64,000 nt of DNA from Roseibacillus sp. (GTDB lineage Bacteria > Verrucomicrobiota > Verrucomicrobiia > Verrucomicrobiales > Akkermansiaceae), in contig CBDEUM010000034.1 of the NCBI GenBank assembly GCA_965242925.1, positions 160,001 through 224,000 of the forward strand, in the 5' to 3' direction. The notes under the pieces were generated by a model. That model did no database searches. It saw only the letters and a program-made list of their open reading frames with translations, and had not been told where the DNA came from. Below are positions 10,555-19,402 of the stretch, piece by piece; within the stretch, counting starts at the first letter, position 1; every line of letters begins with the position of its first letter. The translations under genes and the position numbers were made by a program.

Positions 10555-12147
10555 ATGTTGAACAAAATCAGGCAGGCCCTCCGAATCGGGAACATCGATG
10601 CGCGGAAGGGTAACACCATTGTCGTCAATGCTGAAAAACTCGAGCGCCGGGTGGCCCTTCTCGAAGACGGAGTGCTTGAAGAATACGAGATCGAGCGCGA
10701 GGGCGATGTGAACATCGTCGGAAGCATTTTTAAGGGGCGGATCAAGAACATCGAACAGGGCCTGAAGGCGATGTTCGTCGACATTGGCATGGAGAAGAAT
10801 GCCTTCCTCCACTTCTGGGATGCCATTCCCGCGGCACTCGACAACGGCTTGGAGGAGATCCACCGGCAGGGGCGCTCCAAGAAGAAGGGTGGCCCCAAGA
10901 AAATCACTTCCAAGGACATCCCGAACCTCTACCCGGTGGGCTCGGAACTGGTGATCCAGGTTTCCAAGGGGCCCATCGGAAACAAGGGGCCACGGGTCAC
11001 CACCAACGTTTCTCTCCCCGGCCGTTATCTGGTTCTTACTCCTTTTGCCGACCAGTTCGGTATCTCCCGCAAGATCGAGGACCCCCAGGAACGCACCCGG
11101 CTCCGCCGCATCATGCAGCGGATGGCTGTTCCGGAAGGGATGGGGATCATCATGCGGACGGTGGCCATAGGGAAACGGGCTCGTCACTTCATTCGCGATC
11201 TGGCGATGCTCCTGGAGCAATGGGAAGAAGTGGAAGAGATCCGGGACAACACCCCGGCCCCGGTGCGCATCTTTGAGGAACCAAAACTCATTGAAAGGAC
11301 CGCCCGTGATCTCCTGACCGAGGAAATTGACCAGGTCGTGTGCGATAACCAGGAGACCACCGAAGAAATCAAGCAGATCGCGGAAAAGATTTCACGCCGG
11401 GCAAAGCGCCAAATTCACCATCTGCCGACCCAGCAACCCCTCTTCGATCAACTCGGAGTGCAGAAGCAGATCGACGAAGCCTTCCACCGCCAGGTCTGGT
11501 TACCCTGTGGCGGTTATATTGTGATTGACGAGACGGAGGCCTTGATTTCGATCGATGTGAACACGGGGCGTAACCGCGGGTCCAGGGACGTCGACAAGAT
11601 GATCCTGGATACCAACGTCGAGGCCGCTTATGAGACTGCACGCCAACTCCGGCTGCGCAACATCGGAGGACTGGTGGTGATCGATTTTATCGACATGCGG
11701 CACCGGCGGGACCAGCAGGCGGTCTACCGTGCAATGAAGGACCGGCTCCGCCGGGACCGCGCCAAGACTCAGGTTCTCCAGATTTCGGCGGTGGGTCTCA
11801 TGGAAATGACCCGTCAGCGCCTCAACGAAAGCCTGCGAGAGACCCTCCTGGAGCCCTGTCCCTACTGCGCGGGACGCGGCAAGGTGAAAACCACCATGAC
11901 CATGAGCGTGGAGATCCAGAGGAAGCTCAACACCTTGCTGTCAACACACCGGGACGAAGTTGGAGATATCATCGTGGTGGTTAACCCCGATGTCCTGAAC
12001 CGCTTCAAGAGTGAAGACGCCAGTATTCTCATGGAGCTGGAACGCAGTCACACCGGTCGCCTCATCTTCCGCAGTGACCCCGGCCTTCACCGTGAGCGCT
12101 ACGACGTCATTGACGCGCAGACTGAAAAATCCCTTATGCCCAACTGA
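10555..12147 (+). CDS. rng: RNase E/G family ribonuclease (RNase G-like, no long C-terminal tail)
   Basis: S1 domain GSIFKGRI..AMFVDIG, IDVNTG, QLRLRNIGGLVVIDFIDM, CPYCAG. Confidence 0.92.
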   Translation: MLNKIRQALRIGNIDARKGNTIVVNAEKLERRVALLEDGVLEEYEIEREGDVNIVGSIFKGRIKNIEQGLKAMFVDIGMEKNAFLHFWDAIPAALDNGLEEIHRQGRSKKKGGPKKITSKDIPNLYPVGSELVIQVSKGPIGNKGPRVTTNVSLPGRYLVLTPFADQFGISRKIEDPQERTRLRRIMQRMAVPEGMGIIMRTVAIGKRARHFIRDLAMLLEQWEEVEEIRDNTPAPVRIFEEPKLIERTARDLLTEEIDQVVCDNQETTEEIKQIAEKISRRAKRQIHHLPTQQPLFDQLGVQKQIDEAFHRQVWLPCGGYIVIDETEALISIDVNTGRNRGSRDVDKMILDTNVEAAYETARQLRLRNIGGLVVIDFIDMRHRRDQQAVYRAMKDRLRRDRAKTQVLQISAVGLMEMTRQRLNESLRETLLEPCPYCAGRGKVKTTMTMSVEIQRKLNTLLSTHRDEVGDIIVVVNPDVLNRFKSEDASILMELERSHTGRLIFRSDPGLHRERYDVIDAQTEKSLMPN

Positions 12148-12227
12148 GAGGGCAAACTCTCCCGATTCCGGAGCAACTTCCGCTAGGGACGAGCTCTCCC
12201 TTAAAGGCAGCGGGCATCGCCCGGCAT

Positions 12228-13271
12228 TTATCCACCCGCTTCCTGCAGCAACCGCAACCGATCAAGGGCGGCCCCCGAAGTGATCAGTTCCCGTGCCTGC
12301 GTAACCCCGGCATCCAGATCTTTCGTTATACCCGCACAGGCCAGACCTGCTCCCGCATTGAGAAGAACCATGTCGAGCTTGGGTCCGGTTTCGCTTCCGT
12401 CCAAGATGCCGGTGAGAATAGCAGCGTTCTCGCCTGCATCCCCACCCTGCAGATCCGCCACCACGGCTTCAACGAGGGAGAAATCCTGTGGCCGGACTTC
12501 CTCCTCAACGTGTTCCTTCCTCGTTCCTGATCTGCAAATTTGAGTCGGCCCCATGGTGCTCAATTCATCAACCGATCGCCCGTCGCCCGTAGTTCCATGC
12601 ACTGCCCAGGCTGATTCACGTCCCAGGCGCTGCATAATATCTGCGTAGACGGGAGGCAGGCCGGGATTGAATACCCCCACGAGTTGACAACTGGGGCGGG
12701 CGGGATTGAGGAGTGGGCCGATCAAATTGAAGATGGTCCGCACTCCCTTCTCGGCCAGAATTTTGCGGACCGGCATGATCGCCTTGAAAGCCGGGTGATA
12801 GAGAGGCGCGAATAGAAAGCCCACCCCGGCCCTTCTGAGGCATTCCCGGAACCCCTCGGGAGGCAGATCGATGCGGATGCCCAGGGCTTCCAGGACATCG
12901 GCACCCCCGCTCTTTGAGGTGATCCCCCGGTTTCCGTGCTTGAGAACCGTTACGCCACCGGCGGCAATCACAAACATCGAAGTAGTGGAAACATTAAAGA
13001 GGTTCAGCTTGTCTCCACCTGTTCCACACACATCGATTGACGGTGCCTCCAGTCCGAGCAGTCCGACCTCCGGATCTATCGCCCGGTCGAGCAACTCGCT
13101 GACAAACCGGGCAATCTCCGGGGCGGTTTCTCCTTTCCGTGCCAGCGCTTCAAGGAAGCAGGCTTTCTGTCCGGGGTCGGCGTCTTCATCCAAGAGAAAC
13201 TCGACCGTGACCCTGATGTGGTGAGAGTCCAGTTCGCGCCCGCATTCAAGCTGGGCAATCAGGTCGTCCAT
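12228..13271 (-). CDS. trpD: anthranilate phosphoribosyltransferase
   Basis: DVCGTGGD, NVSTTS, KHGNRGITSKSGGADVLEALG; alternative start 13286. Confidence 0.95.
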   Translation of the reverse strand: MDDLIAQLECGRELDSHHIRVTVEFLLDEDADPGQKACFLEALARKGETAPEIARFVSELLDRAIDPEVGLLGLEAPSIDVCGTGGDKLNLFNVSTTSMFVIAAGGVTVLKHGNRGITSKSGGADVLEALGIRIDLPPEGFRECLRRAGVGFLFAPLYHPAFKAIMPVRKILAEKGVRTIFNLIGPLLNPARPSCQLVGVFNPGLPPVYADIMQRLGRESAWAVHGTTGDGRSVDELSTMGPTQICRSGTRKEHVEEEVRPQDFSLVEAVVADLQGGDAGENAAILTGILDGSETGPKLDMVLLNAGAGLACAGITKDLDAGVTQARELITSGAALDRLRLLQEAGG

Positions 13272-13335
13272 CGTTCCTTCCATCATGAGGTTTCGGTAAA
13301 TTGTCTGTTGGTCGGCAAGCCCTGATTCCTTGATG

Positions 13336-13917
13336 TCAGCCAAAGTAGGGCGGCTCGTTGCCCGCCTTCCATTTGATGTTGCATCCGCTGCTGGGAGAGG
13401 ATCCGCCGGGTGCTTCACCATCGTTCAATAATGCATTCACTGCCGCCCTCAGGTCTGCCCCGGTTGCCTCCACACCGTCTCCAGGACGGGAGGAGTCAAA
13501 CTGCCCCGCGTAGAACAGGTGTCCCTCGCCATCCAGCAGGAAGAAATCGGGAGTGCAGGCGGCCGACCACTCCTTTGCCACCTCCTGGCTCTCGTCGTAG
13601 AGGTAGGGAAAAGCCCACCCCGACTCCGCCGCGAACGGCCCCATCCTGTCCGGATGGTCGGCGGGATATTTCTCCACGTCGTTGGCCATGATCGCCACCG
13701 TGTTGACACCCGCAGCCGCAATTTCCTCCGCCAGTCGCCCCACCGCATCCGCCAGATGAACGACAAACGGGCAATGGTTGCAGGCAAAGATCACCAGAGT
13801 CCCCTCTTCACCCCGCAACCCTGCGAGGGTGTGAACCTGACCATTCGGTTCCGACAATTCGAAGGCGGGGGCAGGATCACCGGCCTGAAGGCGAAAGGTG
13901 GACTGGACTTCAGACAT
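13336..13917 (-). CDS. thioredoxin-fold redoxin (AhpC/TSA-like)
   Basis: GDPAPAFEL, FACNHCPFV, FPYLYDESQEVA, ACTPDFFL, GCNIKWK. Confidence 0.88.
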   Translation of the reverse strand: MSEVQSTFRLQAGDPAPAFELSEPNGQVHTLAGLRGEEGTLVIFACNHCPFVVHLADAVGRLAEEIAAAGVNTVAIMANDVEKYPADHPDRMGPFAAESGWAFPYLYDESQEVAKEWSAACTPDFFLLDGEGHLFYAGQFDSSRPGDGVEATGADLRAAVNALLNDGEAPGGSSPSSGCNIKWKAGNEPPYFG

Positions 13918-13994
13918 GACGAAACCGGGATAGGATACCTGACGCTTGCCGTGAAGAGAAATCAAGTCAACCATGGACCTGAATAGACGTCCAG

Positions 13995-15113
13995 ATGTTC
14001 TCCGACCGTGAAGAGGCTCGTTATGAGCGCCACTTTTCCCTCCCCTCATTCGGGCCGGAGGGCCAACTTGCCCTGCGCAATTCCTCCGTGCTCTGCATCG
14101 GCGCAGGCGGACTCGGATCACCGGCAGCCCTTTATCTCGCTGCAGCGGGGACAGGACGCCTCGGCATCGTGGACGACGATACAGTCGATTTCTCCAATTT
14201 GCAGCGGCAAATCCTCCACGACGAAAGCCGGGTGGGCGCGTCCAAGGCCGAAAGTGCGCGAGCACGTCTCTCGGGCCTGAATTCCGATATTTCCGTTGAG
14301 GCATACCAGCAGAGACTCGACGCTGGCAACGCAATGGATTTGATCAGCCGCTACGATGTCGTGGTTGACGGCTCCGACAATTTCCCAACCCGCTTTCTGG
14401 TAGCGGACTCCTCCTGGCTCCTCGGCAAGCCTCTGGTGGCTGGCGCGATCCATCAGTTTGAGGGGCAGCTCAGCGTCTTCGATCCACGTCTCCCCTCCCC
14501 CTGCTATCGTTGCCTTCTTCCGGAACCCCCACCAGTCGGCACGGTTCCGACCTGAGAAGAAGCGGGCGTATTGGGCGCTCTTCCCGGCGTGATCGGGACC
14601 CTCCAGGCCATGGAAGCGCTGAAGATCCTCACAGGGCATGGCACCAGTCTGGCCGGTCGAATGCTGCATTACGACGCCACCGATGCTCGTATGCGGGAAA
14701 TTGTCCTCAAGTCGGATCCATCCTGCGCGCTGTGCGGAGAAAGCGCCACAATCACCGAACCCGTCGACTATGAGAAACCAGAAGCGAGTGGGAGCGCGTT
14801 GAAGGAGATCAGCGTCGAGACCGGCCGCGGGCTTCTGCAGAAGGGATTCGGTGGAATTCTACTCGATGTGCGTGAGCGCGACGAGCATGCCTGGGCACAC
14901 CTTGAGGGCTGCCGCCTTGCTCCCTTCAGCGAGTTCATGTCTCACCTCCACGACCTCCCGCGGGATCGACCCTATCTCGTTTACTGCAAGTCGGGCCAGC
15001 GCAGCGCTCACGCGGCGGCGATGATGACCGAAGCCGGCTTTCCAGACGTGACCAACCTGCGGGGTGGCATCGTAGCCTGGCTCGATGCCAATGGCCCGGT
15101 CCTTCAGGGCTGA
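13995..15113 (+). CDS. moeB: MoeB/ThiF adenylyltransferase fused to rhodanese, with in-frame TGA (codon 187, 14553-14555) probably read as selenocysteine
   Basis: ORFs 13995-14555 and 14571-15113 share one frame; GAGGLGS, SNLQRQ, DGSDNF, CYRC...VPT[TGA]EEAGVLG...CALC, rhodanese YCKSGQRS. Confidence 0.85.
14573..14601 (+). promoter_or_regulatory. candidate bacterial SECIS element
   Basis: Stem TCCCGG(14582-87)/TCGGGA(14593-98), loop CGTGA starting 32 nt after the TGA, G at loop position 2. Confidence 0.5.
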
Positions 15114-15137
15114 AGGGCTTCTATCTGATTGGATTCT

Positions 15138-16319
15138 CTAGACCTCATTCTGCATCTCTTCCGCGTAGCGATGCACCCAGATGCTCTGCACCAGTCCGAG
15201 CAGAAACATGCAGATCACCACAAAGGTTCCCGAGTAACTGATGAGCGGTAGTGGAATACCCGTGATCGGCATGATCGAAACGCACATGCCTATATTCTCG
15301 AAGATGTGGGCGAACAGAAGCGCAACAACTCCGGCAGCGATGATCTGTCCTGCAAAATCACGGCTGTAAAACGCGACAAAGAGACACTGGATCAGTAACA
15401 GGGCAAAGCCTGTGATGAGCAGGAGACTTCCCCGAAATCCCTGCTCTTCCGCGATCACCGCAAAGATATAGTCGTTGTGAGCAGTCTTCCAGGGAATGTC
15501 CTTGCGATGATGCAGGGAGTCCTTGGAGGTGCTCCCGTAGCCTGCCCCTCGCCAACCCGCCTTACCGACCGCCATGGTGACTCGATACTCGGCATAGTTC
15601 TTGTCCGTGTTGGTTATATGGCCCCGCTGCAGATTCTCGAGGAAGTTGTTGATACGCGCGTTCCCACGCTCCGAAGCCCCGGGCAACACGATGAAATAGA
15701 TCAAGGGCACAACCCCGGCTCCGATCAATGCCATGAAGAGAAGATACCGGAATGGAATCCCCCCCACCAGCATGGTGACAAACGCGACCGGCAACCACAC
15801 GATGGCCGATCCCATGTCACCGTTCTTCATAACCAGCAGGAACGGCACACCACAAAGACCTGCAATAATGCCCAACCGACACACCGGGTGCCCGAGAATC
15901 CGGTGTATCCTGGGCAGCGTCTGAAAAGTGAAACCCACCATGATGATCCCTGCCGCTATGACCAGCTGGGTGGGTTGAAAGCTCAAGCCCATCACCGTGA
16001 GTTGGTGTACTTCCGACCCTTGGGACATGAGGATCAGCAGCATCACGATTCCCACCAGATACATCGGGATGCCCAGCCACATCAGCCAACGGTAATCGAC
16101 CAGCGCGACTGCGAAATACACGAGGCTCCCGATGACAATCCATAGCTTCTGCCGGTCCGCAAACCACTCGCCCCAGAGATCGGGCTGATCGAGCAGGTCC
16201 GGCACTGGAATATGGCGTGCCGCGCTCTCGATGCTGAACACCCCAAAGACGAGCAGGCCGTACATGGTGAGGACAAGCACCCAATTCATTCCGAGGAATT
16301 TTCGGAAGAGCGGAGTCAT
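15138..16319 (-). CDS. rodA: SEDS family peptidoglycan glycosyltransferase, RodA-like
   Basis: About 10 TM; FQPTQL, GDMGSA, HNDYIFAVIAEEQGF, PITGIPLPLISYSGT. Confidence 0.85.
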   Translation of the reverse strand: MTPLFRKFLGMNWVLVLTMYGLLVFGVFSIESAARHIPVPDLLDQPDLWGEWFADRQKLWIVIGSLVYFAVALVDYRWLMWLGIPMYLVGIVMLLILMSQGSEVHQLTVMGLSFQPTQLVIAAGIIMVGFTFQTLPRIHRILGHPVCRLGIIAGLCGVPFLLVMKNGDMGSAIVWLPVAFVTMLVGGIPFRYLLFMALIGAGVVPLIYFIVLPGASERGNARINNFLENLQRGHITNTDKNYAEYRVTMAVGKAGWRGAGYGSTSKDSLHHRKDIPWKTAHNDYIFAVIAEEQGFRGSLLLITGFALLLIQCLFVAFYSRDFAGQIIAAGVVALLFAHIFENIGMCVSIMPITGIPLPLISYSGTFVVICMFLLGLVQSIWVHRYAEEMQNEV

Positions 16320-16526
16320 CTCAAATCACGACCGACCATACGGAGAAAGAACCTAAAGACAAGTAACGTTGGCGCCCCAGGGAACGTGTCAGCCTCGTTA
16401 TCAAGTTCAAGGGCTCCATGTTCCCCGCCTTAGTCCACCCTCAAACCGAAGCAGGCCCCCTCCCGGCCCATAGCGGATAATGTCTCGAAAGAGGCTGGAA
16501 ACCACGGGATCCCTGCCCGGATGCGC

Positions 16527-17312
16527 TCAATCGTCAAGAAACCCTGTCAACGGACTGCTCGCCTCTGCCCGATCATTCTGCATGGGCAGGCCTGCCTCAA
16601 AAGCGGTGCGTCCTGCCTCCACTGCAGAATGGAAGGCCCGCGCCATGCTCACCGGGTCCCCTGCCACCGCTACCGCCGTGTTCACGAGGACGGCATCGGC
16701 CCCCATCTCCATCGCTTGCGATGCGTGACTGGGCGCTCCGATCCCCGCATCCACCACTACGGGTACGTTAGCCTGCTCAATGATGATTTCAATCTGGTCC
16801 CGGGTTGTCAGACCACGATTCGATCCTATGGGGGCCCCGAGGGGCATGACGGTGGCAGCGCCTGCGTCCTCCAGACGTTTGGCCAGCACGGGATCGGCAT
16901 TAATGTAGGGCAAGACGGTGAACCCCTCTTTTATGAGGGTTTCGGCGGCAGAGAGCGTTTCGATGGCATCAGGCAGAAGGTAATTGGGGTCCGGGTGGAT
17001 CTCGAGTTTGATCCACTTGGGCAGACCCGCCGCTTCTGCAAGTCGGGCAAGCCGTACGGCCTCCTCGGCATTCATTGCCCCACTGGTATTGGTCAGGAGG
17101 AGATATTTCTCCGTATCTACGTAGTCCAGTATGTTGGCAAAGGAATCCCCCTCCCCGCTCACGTCGACCCGGCGCAGCGCGACCGTCACGATTTCGGCCC
17201 CGGAAGCGTCCAACGCCTCACGCATCACTTCCAGAGAACCGAACTTGCCGGTGCCTAGCAGGAGGCGAGACGAAAATGCGCGCCCCGCAATCTCTAGTCC
17301 CACAGCGCTCAC
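16527..17312 (-). CDS. thiG: thiazole synthase
   Basis: [44 protein letters not shown]. Confidence 0.97.
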   Translation of the reverse strand: MSAVGLEIAGRAFSSRLLLGTGKFGSLEVMREALDASGAEIVTVALRRVDVSGEGDSFANILDYVDTEKYLLLTNTSGAMNAEEAVRLARLAEAAGLPKWIKLEIHPDPNYLLPDAIETLSAAETLIKEGFTVLPYINADPVLAKRLEDAGAATVMPLGAPIGSNRGLTTRDQIEIIIEQANVPVVVDAGIGAPSHASQAMEMGADAVLVNTAVAVAGDPVSMARAFHSAVEAGRTAFEAGLPMQNDRAEASSPLTGFLDD

Positions 17313-17314
17313 CG

Positions 17315-18304
17315 TCAGGATGGGATAAGGTCTCTCACTGCCTCACGCTCTTCGCGCAATTCCTGCACCGACTCGTCAATCTTTCCGCGAGAAAACTCGT
17401 CAACCTCAACCCCTTCCACCACCGACCAGTTGCCTGCCCCGTCAGATCGCACGGGCATGGAGGCGATCAGTCCCTCATCAATACCATACTGTCCCTCCGA
17501 GCAGATTGCCACGCTGTTCCAGTCTCCTTCGGGAGTGGCCTTGGCCAGAGTGCACACCGTTTCGATCGCGGCATTGGCAGCTGAAGCCGCCGAAGACGCT
17601 CCACGCGCTTCGATAATCGCTGCGCCCCGCTGCTGAACGGACCTGATGAACTCGCCCTCCAACCACTCACGGTCGGTGATGACTTCAGGGACCGGGCTCC
17701 CCTCTATTTGCGCGTGCACAAAGTCGGGGTACTGGGTCGCAGAATGATTTCCCCAGATGCACATGTTGGAAACGGAATTGGTGTGCACGCCAGCCTTGGC
17801 TGCAAGCTGACCCTTGGCGCGGTTTTCATCGAGCCGGGTCATGGCGAAGAAGCGATCCCGGGGAACCCCATCAGCATTGCGCATCGCAATGAGGCAGTTC
17901 GTGTTGCAGGGATTCCCGACCACCAGGACACGGATATCATCCGCCGCATTTCGCGCAATGGCCTCGCCTTGTCCTGTGAAAATCTTACCATTGATACCTA
18001 GCAGGTCCTTGCGCTCCATGCCTGCCTTGCGGGGCACGGAACCCACCAGGAGGGACCAGTTAGCCCCCTTGAACCCTTCATCCAGATCCGAGGTTGGGGT
18101 CACTCCGGCCAGAAGCGGAAAGGCGCAGTCATCCAGTTCCATCACCGTGCCCTCAAGCGCATTCATGGCCGCATCGATCTCGATGAGTCTCAGATGAACA
18201 GGTTGATCCGGCCCGAATATCTCGCCCGAAGCGATTCGAAAAAGAAGAGCGTAGCCGATCTGACCCGCCGCACCGGTGATGGAAACAGTAATGCACTCCT
18301 TCAT
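17315..18304 (-). CDS. mdh: malate dehydrogenase
   Basis: [48 protein letters not shown]. Confidence 0.97.
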   Translation of the reverse strand: MKECITVSITGAAGQIGYALLFRIASGEIFGPDQPVHLRLIEIDAAMNALEGTVMELDDCAFPLLAGVTPTSDLDEGFKGANWSLLVGSVPRKAGMERKDLLGINGKIFTGQGEAIARNAADDIRVLVVGNPCNTNCLIAMRNADGVPRDRFFAMTRLDENRAKGQLAAKAGVHTNSVSNMCIWGNHSATQYPDFVHAQIEGSPVPEVITDREWLEGEFIRSVQQRGAAIIEARGASSAASAANAAIETVCTLAKATPEGDWNSVAICSEGQYGIDEGLIASMPVRSDGAGNWSVVEGVEVDEFSRGKIDESVQELREEREAVRDLIPS

Positions 18305-18317
18305 GACAACGCTTCTC

Positions 18318-18346
18318 GCTTTAGCGGAGGGAACTTCCGCGGTCAA
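18318..18346 (-). promoter_or_regulatory. putative sigma70 promoter of mdh-thiG
   Basis: TTGACC-17 bp-TAAAGC, ending 13 nt before the mdh ATG. Confidence 0.5.
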
Positions 18347-18626
18347 TATCTGGTCGGCAATCATCCGCAAAAACAGGCAATATCTGGTCAGCCGGGGTGC
18401 ATTCCTGTTGAAATTTATGGTTGCCAAACGTCCGCAGAGCCCCATCATCCCGTTGTCTGGATTGCCCGGCGGCAGATCGTTCGTTCGTCGGCAGGCTTGC
18501 GAAGCCACCTACGGCTTCTCCGTCACCCCAAGGGGTTTCGCGACAGAAGCAAGTTCGCAGACGCTGAGACACCGGAGCTGTGTCCTGCATCCCTCTTACC
18601 GCACTCATTATTCCAAGTTCTCACGC

Positions 18627-19379
18627 ATGGCCGGACACAACAAGTGGTCGAAAGTGAAGCACATCAAGGCCCGCGTGGATGCCAGGAAGGGCAAGATGTT
18701 CAGCCGTTTCTCGCAGGAGATCTCCATCGCGGCCCGCGACGGGGGCAGCGACCCCGACCTCAACCCCCGGCTCCGCACCGCCATTGAGGGCGCCAAGGGC
18801 CAGTCAATGCCCAAGGATAACATCGAGCGTGCGATCAAGAAGGGCACCGGTGAACTCGGCGGCGAGGCCATCCAGGAAATCACCTACGAGGGCTACGGAC
18901 CGGGTGGCATCGCCATCATGGTGGAGGTGGCCACCGACAATACCAATCGATCAGCCGCCAAGGTGCGCGAAATTTTTACCAAGAACGGCGGGAGCATCGC
19001 AACCCCGGGGAGCGTGAGTTATCAGTTTGACCGCAAGGGGGAAGTCCGCATCTCAGCCAAGGGAACCAGTGAAGAAACCGTTCTGGAAACCGTCATGGAG
19101 GCTGGCGCGGATGATCTTCAGAGCGACCCCGAAGAACATGTCGTCTATTGTGCGGCCTCCCGACTCAATGAGGTCGCCACCGCCCTGGACAAGGCAGGAA
19201 TGACACCAGTTTCCCGCCAACTCGTATCCATGCCTCAAAACCCCAGCCTCATCGAAGATGTCACCGCTGCCAAACAGGCACTGCGCCTATACGAACTGCT
19301 CGACGACTACCAGGACACCATGGATGTCTTCACTAACTTCGAGATTTCCGATCAAGTTCTCTCAACCCTGGACGCCTGA
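18627..19379 (+). CDS. yebC: YebC/PmpR family protein
   Basis: MAGHNKW, NPRLR, MPKDNIERAI, YEGYGPGG, TDNTNR. Confidence 0.96.
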   Translation: MAGHNKWSKVKHIKARVDARKGKMFSRFSQEISIAARDGGSDPDLNPRLRTAIEGAKGQSMPKDNIERAIKKGTGELGGEAIQEITYEGYGPGGIAIMVEVATDNTNRSAAKVREIFTKNGGSIATPGSVSYQFDRKGEVRISAKGTSEETVLETVMEAGADDLQSDPEEHVVYCAASRLNEVATALDKAGMTPVSRQLVSMPQNPSLIEDVTAAKQALRLYELLDDYQDTMDVFTNFEISDQVLSTLDA

Positions 19380-19402
19380 GATCCGATCCCCGTATTCACG
19401 CC

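Noticed and set aside
14571..15113. Separate 180-aa ORF, or moeB as a pseudogene
   Set aside because: Same frame as the upstream half, TGA falls on the conserved Cys, and there are no other lesions; treated as one recoded gene, though a nonsense mutation is not formally excluded
18561..18600. Possible TPP riboswitch (GCTGAGACACC)
   Set aside because: Lacks the ACCTGA and P4-P5 elements and is on the wrong strand for thiG
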